The notes below the pieces were generated by a model. It saw only the letters and a program-made list of their open reading frames with translations. It ran no database searches and was not told the origin of the DNA. Made by a program: the position numbers and the translations under genes. Shown here piece by piece: positions 10,619 through 22,375 of a stretch of 64,000 nucleotides of DNA. How positions within the stretch are numbered: position 1 is the stretch's first letter; every line of letters begins with the position of its first letter. The stretch is from Vicugna vicugna (taxonomy: Eukaryota), in the NCBI GenBank assembly GCA_013265495.1, contig MU057560.1, forward strand, positions 2,974,909-3,038,908. The letters run 5' to 3'.

Positions 10619-13600
10619 AGGAAATGATTCCTATTCTTCCTTTCTAGCTTACTTAACGAAGATCGTCTTTAGATGCGATTGGGTTCCACGAGTCCCACCT
10701 TTGGTGTCAGGCAGGTGGCGTTCCGTTGCAGCATTCTCTGGCACAGCCACGTTTGGAAATGATTTTCTTAAAAATCAGATCCAAAGCTACTTTCCATTGA
10801 CAAAGAGAGATATTGTTAATATTTACTTTTTCCACAATCAGCAGACTCCATTACCCGTTTTTATTTGGAAGTTTCCCACACTCATAACAAGGGAGACGGG
10901 TGGGTAGTGTGTCAAGGTGACCTGGATGGTGGGTCTGTCCCCCCACGAGTGACCTGCCTCTGAACCCCACCCCACCCGGCTCCGCAGGCGTCCTTGGCGT
11001 GAGCAGAACCACACTCGGAAACCCCTGCGGCCTCAGGCCTGCTCCCAGGACAGCCAGGGGCCACGCGGGGCCCTCTGTGGGCAGAATGCAACACCCGAGG
11101 GCAGGGACGCCTGTCCCCACTGGTGACCTGAGCACAGGAAGACCTGACGTGTCTGAGCCAAACCCCGTGATCGGAAGGGAAGGTGCGTTTCAGGCACCGA
11201 GACTGTTGGGAGCTGAGGCAGAGGGGCCTCCAGACGGCACGCAGCCGGTGGTTGTGTGTGGCCCTCCAGGGCCGCTGCCCGCACGGGCCCAGCTTGCCTG
11301 GGGCTGGAGGCAGGCACCTGCGCCCGCACCTCCCTCTCGGCCGGTGACTGGGCCTGGGAGACGCGTTCTTTGTGCCGCTTTGCCTGCTGTGAGCAGTCCC
11401 TTCCTCTCCCCGCCTGGGACTGCACTGTCCCCCGCCAAGGTCCCAGCTGCCCTGTCTCCCCACTCGGGCTTCATATCCCCCTTCACTCCAACTCCTTCCA
11501 TTGTCCTCACAGGGGCTTCTCCACCGTGGGGACCCTGGTCTGCCCCCCAGGCTTCCTCCAAGCTGCAACCCCCCCCCAGTTTCTTGTCTCACCTTCCCGT
11601 CTGTACCTGCTGCAATGGTTCCACGGGCACATCCCCAGCAGGGGACCCACAGGTTAAACCCCCGGCCCTCGAGCCAGCAGCCGGCATCGAGCCCAGCCTG
11701 GGACCCGTCCTGGGCTCCTCTGCGCCTGTTTCGTCCCGGAGGTTGGGTGAGGGCAGCAGAGTCCAGCACCCGGGACTCTTGTGGAGTGTGGGTCAGCAGC
11801 TGGGCTGTCCCCTGCTGCGTTCGAGGCCTTCCTGGCTGCTCTGGTGGCCTTGGATGTGAGGGGTCAATGCGAGTAGCTGTTCCTACCAACCGGCCTGCAC
11901 GGAAGTGTAACTGGGCCTGTGACCCGCCCTCTGAGCAGCGGGGCGGCAGGCTAGCCCCCTCCCCGAAGCGCGGGGTCTCTGTAGCGGGACCGCCTCCTGA
12001 AAACGCAGAGCTGGGTTGTGTTGGTTCCTTGCCCCGACAAGGGTCCTGAGTGCGGGCACCATTCATCCTGTTCTGTGGCTTCTGCAGCTGAGACAGGTGA
12101 CAGGATGTCCAGTCTCGTGCTGTGTGTGGTCCAGCCCATGGCCGCTCCCCGCACTCCTCTGCCCTGGAGCTGGACCTCGGCCAGGGCTGGGGAGATGGGC
12201 CGCGGGGCCTGGTGCCGCGCTAACCTCACCTCGAGCAGACAACCCCGACCTCGCCCAGCTGGGCGCACAGAGGTGCTCACGACCTGGGACCTGTCGGTGT
12301 CACCGCCCAGCTGGTCAGCATGCTGGTCCCACCCTGGACCAGTGCCCGGGCCCACACACCAGAGAGGGAAGTGCAGCTCCCCAGCCCCGGCTGGAGAGAA
12401 AGCCAGCGCTGAAATGGGGGACACGCTGGCTTTCTGGGACATGGCTAAGCAGTCGCCCTGGGACTGAGACGCAGCTGAGAGGAGGGACGTTCAGGACAGG
12501 CACGCCCGTGCCCCCAGCCCGCACCGAGGCCCCTGCACCGGCTCTGCGAATCCCGCACCTAGTTCGCCAGTCATAAAACTGAGAAGCACAAGAACCGCCC
12601 TGTTACGGGCTGCGGAGGTCCGGCGGGGGGAGAAACCAGGCCCGGCGTCCGAGGCACAGACAGACGCGGGGCTCCAGGAGGAGGTGCCGCCTAGGTCCCC
12701 GCTCAGCCCCGTGCTCCTACACTCGGACCTGCGAGAGCCGCGAGTGGGAGGTCAGCGCCCTGCTCCGTGGCAGGGGGACTCCAGGCGGGGGCCTCCTGGG
12801 GGCTTGGACAAGGGCCTCCCAGTGGGAGTCCCAGCGCCTGGAGAGAGGCAGTGGCTCCTGGAAAGCCCTGCACAGGTGTCCTGGCTTCCCCGGGGAGGGG
12901 ACACACGAGGCCTCCTGTGGACCACCCCAGGCTGGGACAAAACCTGGGCTCAGCCCTGGAGGCCCCTAGGGAGGTCGCTGGCAGGCACGGCCCAGTGTGC
13001 CGTGTGGTCACCCCCAGTCCCCAGGGGTACCTGTGCCATCTGTCCTCTGTCAGCGGCCCCGTGAGAAAGCTCTTCCTGGAAGTTTAGATGAAGAGGTCTG
13101 TCCTGCTCACAAAGCCTTTCCGGCATCTTAGGGCAGGCTGTTTCCTTGAGTCTCTGCCAAGCACGGTGTTTCCAAGGGCTTTGTTCTTTTCCCCAAGTGA
13201 CCTGGCTGGACTCCCTGTGCCCTGTCACCCTTGAGACACATGGAGCACCCTGTTCCCGCCTATCCTAGAAGATGGGTGCAGACTCCAGGCCTTGGGACCT
13301 GTGGGAGTCCCACTGCTGGGCCCACAGTCTGGCCCCGTGGAGGGCGGTCAGCAGAGGGGTGTTGCAGTCCTGGGCCGGGCACCCTGCCCTCTGGTCTTTC
13401 CCACCTGTGGGCTGGTCTCAGGCTGCTTCTCTCTTCTTCCTTCTCTCCATCTCCTCCCAGCTTGCTCTTCAGATAAGTCCAGGAAAGGGGCCTTCTCCTC
13501 TGGCAGGTGCCCGGCGTGGACACCTGCCCTTGTCTGAGTGGCTGTGGGAAACAGTGGACGGATGTCGCTGACACTATGTTCCCACGGCAGGCAGGCGTCT

Positions 13601-14344
13601 CCCACTCCCCTCCACAGGGTCAGTGACCTTCGGTCAAGGCCTCTGATGGGGCCAAAGGCAGGCGCTGCATCACTGGGTCCCCACCAGGGGACACAGGTGG
13701 ACATGCCGCTGCGTGTCCACTCCCGCACCGACCGCTGGCTGTGGTGGACGTGGGCTGATGCGGGAGGGCCTGGGCCTCTTGGGCCATAAGTTCACACCTG
13801 TATCATCTCCTGCTCGACTCCACCTCCCTCTCTCTTCTGTCTCCTGGCCCTGCCGGTCTCAGCCCTCTGCATCTTGGCTTTTCCGGGAACATTCCCGCTG
13901 ACTCTGGGCTTTCCCCATGGGAAGTACCTTCCTGACTCCAGACCTGCCCTCGGGGTCACCACATCCAGGCCACGCTGGCTGCCGGTGTTCTGACGCGCCC
14001 TCTGCTCCCTTGTCCCAAGTCGTAATCATTGCGGCATCAGGACCATCTGTGACTTTTAGAAACCGCTTATGGCTGTGCCCTTCATACAGAAATCTAAAGA
14101 AACTGCCTTCCACTTTCCAAGTCTCCTCCGCGCCCCCCGGTTTTATGAGGCACTGGGCAGTCCATCTGGGTCAGTGAGTAAAGATTGCCAGCAGAGGAGC
14201 AAATGAACTCCGGTGTCTTTAAAATCAAATGAACTTCCCCTAGACAAGGACTAGACCATACGGTAGATTCATAGGCTAGGAATCCTGATGAAAAGGGGAC
14301 ATTAAAGGGTCCAGTTGAGTAACAAGCAGAAGAGGAGACAGTTT

Positions 14345-14430
14345 GGTCTAATCTCAGCTGTCCTTCCTTGTGTGACCTTGAACATGTAACTCGCCTGTTT
14401 GGGTTTCTCTCCCTGCCTTTAAAGGGAGGA
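14345..14430 (+). mobile_element. MIR SINE core remnant
   Basis: tgtgtgaccttgaacatgtaactcgcctgtttgggtttctctccctgcctttaaagggaggatat resembles MIR tgtgtgaccttgggcaagttacttaacctctctgtgcctcagtttcctcatctgtaaaatggggataat. Confidence 0.5.
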
Positions 14431-16025
14431 TATCTGATGAATCTGTTTCTAAAACTTTCGCAAAACTGTGTGAATAATTTAAAATTGGACCAAAAAACAA
14501 GATGTGAGGTGAGGAAAAGGCAGATTCCACAGAGGAAGAGAGAAAGTGCCAGAAAGACTGCAAGAGGAGAAAGCTGAAAACAATTTGAAAACCAGAGAGC
14601 TGTAAACAAGAGGATAGGGCAGGAGGCAAGACTGGGGCGGGACAAGAGGTCCCGCAGAGAGGCCGGGCGGCCAGGTAGCAGGGGGAGCATGAGTCTCAAT
14701 CTCTCTTGCTTAGAGTAACAAGCACTTTCTTGATGAGATGAGATAATGTAAGACCCACAAACATGAGAACCGTGGGAAAACAGACATGAGAAACAAAGGT
14801 GGAAAACGCACTGAAAGCACACGATTTCAGCTTAAAGGGAGATGCCCCCCTGCCAGCCCTGGAACCTCCTCTCCTCCCGGAAGCCTAGCCTCCCCTCCTG
14901 CTCCTGTGGTCAGCAGACACAGGACACGGAACTGCTCCTAGTGATGTAACCCTCAGATGGGGCTCGGGGTCCTCAGACGAGAGAAACCACACGTGGGTGG
15001 TGATGACAGATGGGCCTGGGGCAGAGGGAGCCCTGGGTGCCTGCCTGGGGTGGCCCCCAGACACTGCAGCCACCCGCCTGTCCCAAGTGCCATTCAGGGG
15101 GCTGGTGGGGTTGGGCAGATCAGCAGGGTCAAGCCAGCAGCCTCTGCAGAGCGTCCCCCTCCCCTCCTGCCCCTCCTCCCGGGTCGACCGCCCACCACCC
15201 ACTCACCAGCCCAGGGTCAGCTTCTGACCACTGAAGACCAGCTGGACATGGTCGCAAACGCCTTCTCACCCTGAGAGGCAGGGGACGGGTGGGAAGACAT
15301 TGGGGCGGTAGAGGTGACCCCCATCCGTCCGGATCCTGCTCCCTGGCCAGGAGTCCCCTGCCCCGCGGGCAGACGAGTCTCTAACGGCCCGTGGTCCACT
15401 CCTTGCGAGTGGCGGCCCTGCCTTAGCGCCCGTGCCAGCGGCGGAAGGTGAGTACCCTGTGCGGCCCGGCCCGCGTCCGCCCCCGCCCCTGCATGCGGAA
15501 CGTGAAGCCCCGGCCGCGTCCCAGCGGCGGCGAACGCGGCGGCCCCACTGCTGTGTGGACGGCGGGGTGGAAGGGCGGCTTCTCCAACAGTCACCTTTTG
15601 TATGTTTTCTTTGCATGGGTCCTCGAGTCCATCCCAATTCTGAGCGCGGCTGCCCCAGCCTCTGTGCAGCCGCTCCACTGCTGCTGGACGTGCATGTGCT
15701 CCGGCAGCAGTTCCCCATGGACACACCCCGTTATTATGGGACGCCAGGATGTGCTAGGTACGTGGGGCCGCCCGGGGCCGGAGCTTGTTCCTGGACGCAC
15801 CTGGGCCGCCGGGCAGAGGGCAGCGGTCAGTGTGGCGCCAAGGGGTCCGAGTTAGCTTCCCCGGCCCAGGAGGCATGGTCCGCACGAATGAATCCGAGGC
15901 CGAGATTCGTAGGCTGCATGATCGGAAAGCGAAACCTGCAACCTGCATGCAGCATGACAGCAGAGCGGGCGTCCCGCCCCCACCAGCCTGCGCAGACAGC
16001 CAGACCAGAACCTGGAGTGTCCCGT

Positions 16026-16084
16026 GGGCGGGGCCCGGAGGGGCGGGGCCTGGAGAGGGCGGGGCCGGAGAGGGCGGGGCCCAG
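16026..16084 (+). repeat. Four-copy 15-16 bp minisatellite, each unit starting with a GC box (GGGCGGGGC)
   Basis: Units start at 16026, 16041, 16057 and 16072 (gggcggggcccggag / gggcggggcctggaga / gggcggggccggaga / gggcggggcccag). Confidence 0.9.
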
Positions 16085-19000
16085 CCCGGCTCTGCCCGGG
16101 CCGCTGCCCAGAGCCCTGCGGTCCAGCACCGACCTGGGCAGTGGCCACCCTCCAAGGGCACCCTGGGGGCCTGAGCTGGGGGACGGACAGAAGGGGGTTC
16201 ACACGTGCACATTGTGGGGACCCAAGGCTGACCGCAGGCGTGTGAGCCCCTCAGTCAAAATCTAAACCGACTAGCAAACACCGTCTATCACCGGGTTGTG
16301 CAGGAAGCACACCACCCCATGGGCTTGACGAAACGCAGCCTGCGCTCCGGCCAGTAGGGTCACCGGGCGTCACGGCGCTGGTGAAACCCTGCTGCCCCAC
16401 ACCCCCGCGTCCCCCTGCTGGCCCTGACCACACAGTTCCCCGGCTGTTCTGTCGGCCCGGGGCGCCCTAGAGACACAGCTTGGAGTTTTATCTGCAGAAT
16501 GGCTGAGGCCTCGTGCATTCCTAAAAGTTGTCCGAATCGTCAGAATGAAACGTCTTTTTTGTATCACGTTAAGGGTACTTTTATAATTCTTTTTCACTTA
16601 TTTGTTTGCATTTAAGTGTAATTTTAAAAGAAACGTGCTTGGAACCAAAAGAAAAAGGAGGTCTCCGTTCACACTTCATATCTGAACGCAAGACTTTCAA
16701 AGTCTACCAGTATCAGAGGGTCTGCCCCACACTTTGAAGTGGGCAGGGGCTCAGGCTCCTGGCGTGGCCCGAGCATCACGGGCGAGGCCCTCCCCTGGCA
16801 CTCAAGTTGTGGAGGAGAAAGGGAGAAACTCTGGGATGTGTCTTGGGGGCCAAGGTGGAGGCCAGGCTGCAAATGCTTCCCGGGGTTGGGGAGCCCCTCT
16901 GCAGGCGGGCGGCGGAAGTGCGGGCGGCATAACCTGGGCCAGGGACCCCGCCCCTCCCCCGGCCCCATCGCGCAAACCCGCAGCAGCGTTACCGGGCTGG
17001 GCCCCTGGGTGCGCGTCTGCCATACTCATGTGTGACCTGCTATTCTCGACGGGAGGCGGGAAAAGGGACAGGCCGAGGTTCGGGGGCGGGGCCCGGGGAG
17101 GCTCCACGGCGAGACGCCAGTGAAAGGGGGCTTGGTGGGGTTAGTGTGGGAGAAAGTCCAAAACGCGCACATGCGGTGCCGAAACCCAATAAAAGAGAAA
17201 ATCTCTGTAAAGCTGGCAGACCCCTTGAGTTTCAGGCAATATGCCTAAGAATTCGAGCAGAGGTGATGTGTATTGCTTTCAAGTGACCCGCTTTCTCTCT
17301 GGGGAGGAAATTGCAGAAGTGTAGCATAAGAAATCAGCATGTATCAGTTTTCTATTTTTAAATTTCTTTCTTTTGCCCTCCACATTTCTTTATCATTTCC
17401 CCTTTGTATGACAAAAAAGTCAAAATAAATACATTTTTAGAACCACATCTCTTTAGGCAGAAAAAAAAATTGAACTTTTTATACAAATGGGATGAGTCTC
17501 TCACATAGGTGACCCGAATCATTCCAATTTACAAATACGTGTTGCTGCTATAGATAAGGCCTAATTTAACGTTTTCATGATTTCTTTTAAAATTGAGAGT
17601 ATTTTGTGCTTTACTTAACAAGTTTCCCCAGTAAAACGGTTGTGAAAGAAAGAAACGAAAAAGGCTATTAAGGAAGCCACGAAATTCTTTAAAGAACTCC
17701 CAGCCTATCAGTCTGACGTTTCGTATTAGTTTCCCAAAAGTTCAGTAAACATGTCTCTGCATGTTTCAGCTCCTGTGCTCAAAACCGGGGCAAGTCAGCC
17801 CTTTAGGGTGGGTTCAGGGAGATACTGGCCCCAGGGACGGCTCACACAGGCCGGCCGTACTTCCAGCCTGTTTGTAAGATTTAAAAAAGTAAGTACTTGA
17901 CTTTATCAGGATGAGAGATCACAAGTCTCTTCAAAGCATTTTCCCTGCAGACTGCTTCTAGGGGGAGCGGGGCTGCCCTCCCTCCATGCCAGGTGCTCAG
18001 AAAGACGAGGTTGCACGCTGACTGTGAGGACTCTGGCCCCAGCACCTCAGGGGCTCGTTGGCTCCCTAGGTGGACGGAGAGATTGACCACCTCCTGTCCT
18101 GGCCCACATTATGCCAGCAGCATGCCCTGTCCCCTGAGAGTAGAGCGAGGTATCCCCGCAGCTGCCCTGGACGCCCTCCCGAGGAGTCAGCAGACTCACT
18201 GTCCCTGGGCCGATGCAATGGGGCGCACCTGTCTCAGCCTCCCTGCCCACGTCTGCAGTAACTCGGACTCACCACGAGCATTCCCTGAAGGAGAAGGCTC
18301 TCCTCTCGCGAAGAGTCATGTTTTAAACATCTTACTTAAAATAACTCTGAACCAAATCCTCATATTTATTTTCAAGAAAGAGAGGGTGTAGAATATGGAG
18401 GAAGCCCTTTAAAGATATTCTCATGAGTAATTAGGCGATAACGCAACCTCTGTGAGTAGGTTCAAGTGTCTCCGTCCCTACCGCCCCGTCTCAGGGCAGC
18501 GGTTTTGTAGATGGAGAAGAGCTACCGTAATGGGCTCTATGTCTTGAGAAGCAAAGTGTGGCCACGTTTTGTGAGGTATGCCGTGCGAGGCACAGGAAGC
18601 GCGCGATGCCTGTTGTCACGCACAGACAGCAAGCCCGCGTTGGAGGGCACGTCCCCCGTCCCCTGGAGGTGTGAGCCACAGTGAGTCTCTGGGGGCAGAC
18701 AGCTAAGAAAAGTCATGAGCACAGAGGACCTTCCCTGTGCAGAGGCACAGGCTCAGAGCTCGCTCTGATGTCTTAGATCTACAAAAGCCACGGACACCAA
18801 GCCTGAGAAAGGCTACTTCCACGAAATTAGAAATCCAGAAGCTTGTGAGTGGTCCAGATTTTTCCTTTTTTTAGATTTTACCTGGATTCCGCAAAACGTA
18901 AACACAGTTTAAAACGTTTTATTAAGATTTTTCCACTGACATTCTTGAATGTCTATGTAAGACCAGTTTTCCAACCAGAAAAGGTCAGGTCCTAACCGAA

Positions 19001-19365
19001 ATCACCTTCCCTCGATACTACTTGAATCCCAAGGCAAATGCAGGGTCACAGCCCAGGCACGGGACCGGGACTGTTTCTGTCTGGAGAGTGTCCCTGAGGC
19101 GCAAGTGTGGATTCTAAGGTTACGTATTCATCACCTTCTCAAGAGTGTTTTTACCAACAGCACCTTGGAGTGGCAGGGAAAAAAGACATGAAGCAAGTGT
19201 TTTATTTAGCCCAACTCTACAACTCCAACTACAGGAACTTAGACTAGACCTGGCGTGATTGTCGGTGCCAACTGACAGGAGCGAGGAGGACCCCCGGCTG
19301 GGGTGGTGGGTCTCCCCGAGGCCTGAGCACGTGAGCGCTGGGCACCGGTGCCTGCCTTGTCGGGA

Positions 19366-19379
19366 GTTTCCATGGAAAC
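19366..19379. promoter_or_regulatory. Perfect palindromic RFX X-box GTTTCCATGGAAAC
   Basis: Exact 14-bp palindrome matching the canonical X-box. An octamer ATGCAAAT lies at 19510-19517 and MEIS-type TGACAG sites at 19273 and 19393 (reverse). Confidence 0.6.
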
Positions 19380-20499
19380 CAGTCAATCTCTGCTGTCATG
19401 TCTAAGCCCAGACTGCAGCACACGCTGTTGTCTGATTTTATCCACGGGGGACTTGGATGATCCCACACGGGCCTCCCTTCGTGGCAAAGACGTGCTCTTA
19501 GATGGATGGATGCAAATCGGATTTTTGTGCATCGGTTTTACACCGGCCTGTTGTCAAGGGTCCTGGAGCGGCTCTGCCTGGGAAGCTAAGACCCTTTTGT
19601 TGGATGAATCACTTCTTCACTCACTGACTTCAGAAAACTGTACTTTTGAATGTTGAGGTTTATTAAAGTGAGGGAATTTGTATGTAAAGCTACAGGTTTT
19701 TAAAAGCCTTGAAGTCTTCACCAGTGACATAAAACTGAGCACTTAGAGCTGGTGGGAGGGAGCATCCCTGAGGAACCATCCTGGGCCACCTTGTGTGGTC
19801 CAGACGTGCCACCTAAAGATGAGAACGCCAGGTCACTGCCCCTGAGAGAACCGGAGCTGGCAATGCCAGGGTGGGTGCTGGGCCTGCCTTCTCAGCCCGG
19901 GGGGAGCCCTGAGAGCTGGCCGGGCACTGGGTCAGCAGGTACGGGCAAGGGACAGGGCAGAGGGGAGGCCCCGCCTGTCTTTCCTGCAGCCCGTCCCCTT
20001 CCCCAGGGGAGGGTTCAATTGCCCCACATTCACGCGGCCAGCAGGTGGCAGACCGGGCATCCGACCCCAGCTGCCTAACTCCAAACCCTCAAAATAAAAA
20101 CCCACCTTTGAAGAAAGCAGGGCCTCCTTCTGGGAATGTTTTTGTTTTCCGACACAGTGAGAGCTCTGAAAAGGAACCAAATCAGTATTTTCTGTTTTCA
20201 TGATGACGAAGAACATTTTAAATGACTCTTTTTTAATCAGATGATGTATTTGTAAATGGCGTAGACACCCAAAAAATGCCCCCAAAATCCTTTTCTCTTT
20301 TTTTTGTAATTAGTAAAATCTGGTTTTCATTTGCATGATTGAGGTGTAATGCCTCACTTTAAATCTGAACAGAACGTGACAACCTCCTCCCGCCCCCACT
20401 AAAAAAAATAAAAGATACAGAAGAATTTCTACTCTTGCCTAACGGAATACATTTTAAATAAACTTGCACTAGGCACTTAAATTAGGAAGAGTTTAAGGA

Positions 20500-20514
20500 T
20501 TTTTTTTTTTTTTT
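20500..20514 (+). repeat. Poly-T (T15)
   Basis: Direct reading. Confidence 0.95.
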
Positions 20515-22312
20515 GAGCAAAAAGCAAGGCCAAATGTGTATTATTGGCTGGTAGGAACCATTTCTGTTCCTTGATACATTTTCAAAACAGAAATGTGCGT
20601 GGAGATGAGCTGCTCTTAGAATGACTTCTATTGCTTTCAAAGTCTCCTCCCCGCATGAGGGCTCTGGGGTCGGGTCAGCCCCACCTGAGGTCCCACTGGG
20701 AAACCAGCCAGTTGAGTTACTAACGCAGGAATCGTCTTGTGATCAGACTCCAGGTTTCTTAGAGCGGCCACTTTCATGACAGGTCAGCAGCTGGGCCAGG
20801 CTGTCGTTTTTGGTTCGGGGACACTGCTACACTCGTTCTGCCTCAGACTCCTGCTTTTGAACCCCAATTCCGCCTCCACACACCAAGGGCCGCTCTCCTT
20901 CTTTTCCCTCAGTGTCTTTTTCATTGCCCCCAACACAGGCTCTTAATTAGACATCCCCCCTTCCTGTGGCGTGCCCAGTGTCCACGCTGCCCCCGAGCTC
21001 TGTGGCCCCTCTCCTCTTCCCGGGACTGAAGGAGAATTAGGCAAGTTCTAGATACCAGCGGCTGGCTCCACATCCAGGTGTCAAGAAACGGCATCTGTAC
21101 ACTCGAACTTAGCCCCGGTTCACGAGTGCCCATCTCATCCCGGACCCGCCCCTCCGGTCCTGAGAACGTCTGTCTGCAAGCGAGGAATTTGCTGACCTTG
21201 ACCCAGCATCTAACACCCCGGGGGCTTTCCGAGTGGAATGCGAGTTGAAATCTCTCAGAAGCATTAACATTTATTAAACACTTTAAATCTGTGATTTTTG
21301 TCCTTGCCAGGAACTGAGGTGCCCACTGAGTAAGGACGGGGGCACAGGGCATGGTCTGAGCGTAACTGCTGGTAGTAATATTGTTACTAACTCATTTTAT
21401 CCTTGTTTCTGGCATGTTAAAATTTAATGAAAATTTTTTTCTTAATTTTTGTCCTTGATTTGTACATTCCTGGCGGGTACAAATGCAGCAGAAGTGGCTC
21501 AGAGTGAAAATGTGTCAGTGGTGCTGATGGCTCCTGAGCTGGCAGACGGAGGGAGTTACGTGGGGGCCGTGACTGTCAAACCCTTCCAAACACACTTCCT
21601 CCCGGTAGCAAACGGCGACGTGGTAGTTAAGAAACGATGAAGTCGCCTGGTGAGGTTTAAGCCCAGGCTGTCGGCATCGTGAGCTAAGCTGTCCCGGCTG
21701 ACCTGGCCTAACTGACCGAGGGTGATCCGTGCGCTGCTCGAGGTGGCTAAATGGACCAGGGTTTTAAGGGAAATCAAACCTGCCTGAGTGCCGCAGGAGG
21801 GCCCGGAAGCCAGTTGATCTGATCCGCAGGGGCAGGCCCAGGCGGTGCCCACCCTGGCCTCGGGGGTCAGCAGGCACAGGACGGGGAGGGGTCCGGGTGA
21901 CGGGGCCCGCAGTCACGCCGGGGCTTCACGTTTAGACGAAGACCAGTCTCAGGCCACCGTGTGCATCTCTTCCTGCCAAAATCTCGCATCGGGTGTGGGT
22001 CTGTAAAACTCGCCCTTAAAGCGATGAGATGGGCGGGGGACGTGGGATGCTGGGGGCACAGAGACCTGGGAGAGTAGCCCAGGCACCGAGGCTGTGGCAA
22101 GGCTGATGGCCAGAGGTCCCTTGTCCCCCGACCGTGCAGTGGGCGGGAGAGGAGGAGGGGGACACACCGCCACCTGCCGGGTGAGCAGCCCGACCTGCCT
22201 CCTTCCCCAGGGGCGCCCCGTGTTAAAGGGTGTGTCTGAGCAAATAGGAAAGCTCACCGTTTGGGGGTTTTCTTTCGTTCCAGTAAATGCCAATCTGCAC
22301 TTGTGATTGCAG

Positions 22313-22375
22313 GTGCCCCACCCCTGGCTGCGACGGCTCCGGGCACATCACCGGCAACTATGCGTCCCATCGGAG
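22313..22375 (+). CDS. MYT1L: MYT1L internal coding exon (about exon 19), N-terminal part of zinc finger 4: (K)[20 protein letters not shown](S). The gene continues upstream of the window.
   Basis: Acceptor ttgcag|G and donor AG|gtacgt. 63 nt, phase 2-2. Translation is a CCHHC finger identical to recalled human MYT1L. Confidence 0.97.

Noticed and set aside
10912-12066. 384-aa minus-strand ORF (and the overlapping 286-aa plus-strand ORF)
   Set aside because: Pro/Gly/Arg/Ala-rich with no recognisable domain and overlapping ORFs in several frames. Long ORFs are expected where stop codons are rare in GC-rich DNA.
13425-13512. Pyrimidine tract plus AG at 13460 with possible donor at 13507 (46-nt cryptic exon)
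   Set aside because: Donor CAG|GTGCCC is weak and nothing else supports it.
14374-14382. ERR/NR5A motif TGACCTTGA (also TCAAGGTCA near 50808)
   Set aside because: Both lie in MIR-like sequence, whose consensus nearly contains this word, so they are uninformative.
16026-16084. Short repeats with roughly regular spacing, considered as a CRISPR-like array
   Set aside because: Eukaryotic context, adjacent tandem units without unique spacers, and no cas genes.
15432-16265. 277-aa plus-strand ORF over the GC-box array
   Set aside because: Translation of the minisatellite and CpG-rich DNA, with no domain.
21507-21528. RE1-like sequence on the minus strand (TCAGCACC-AC-TGACAC)
   Set aside because: The left half is perfect but the GGACAG half has two mismatches; a half-site only.
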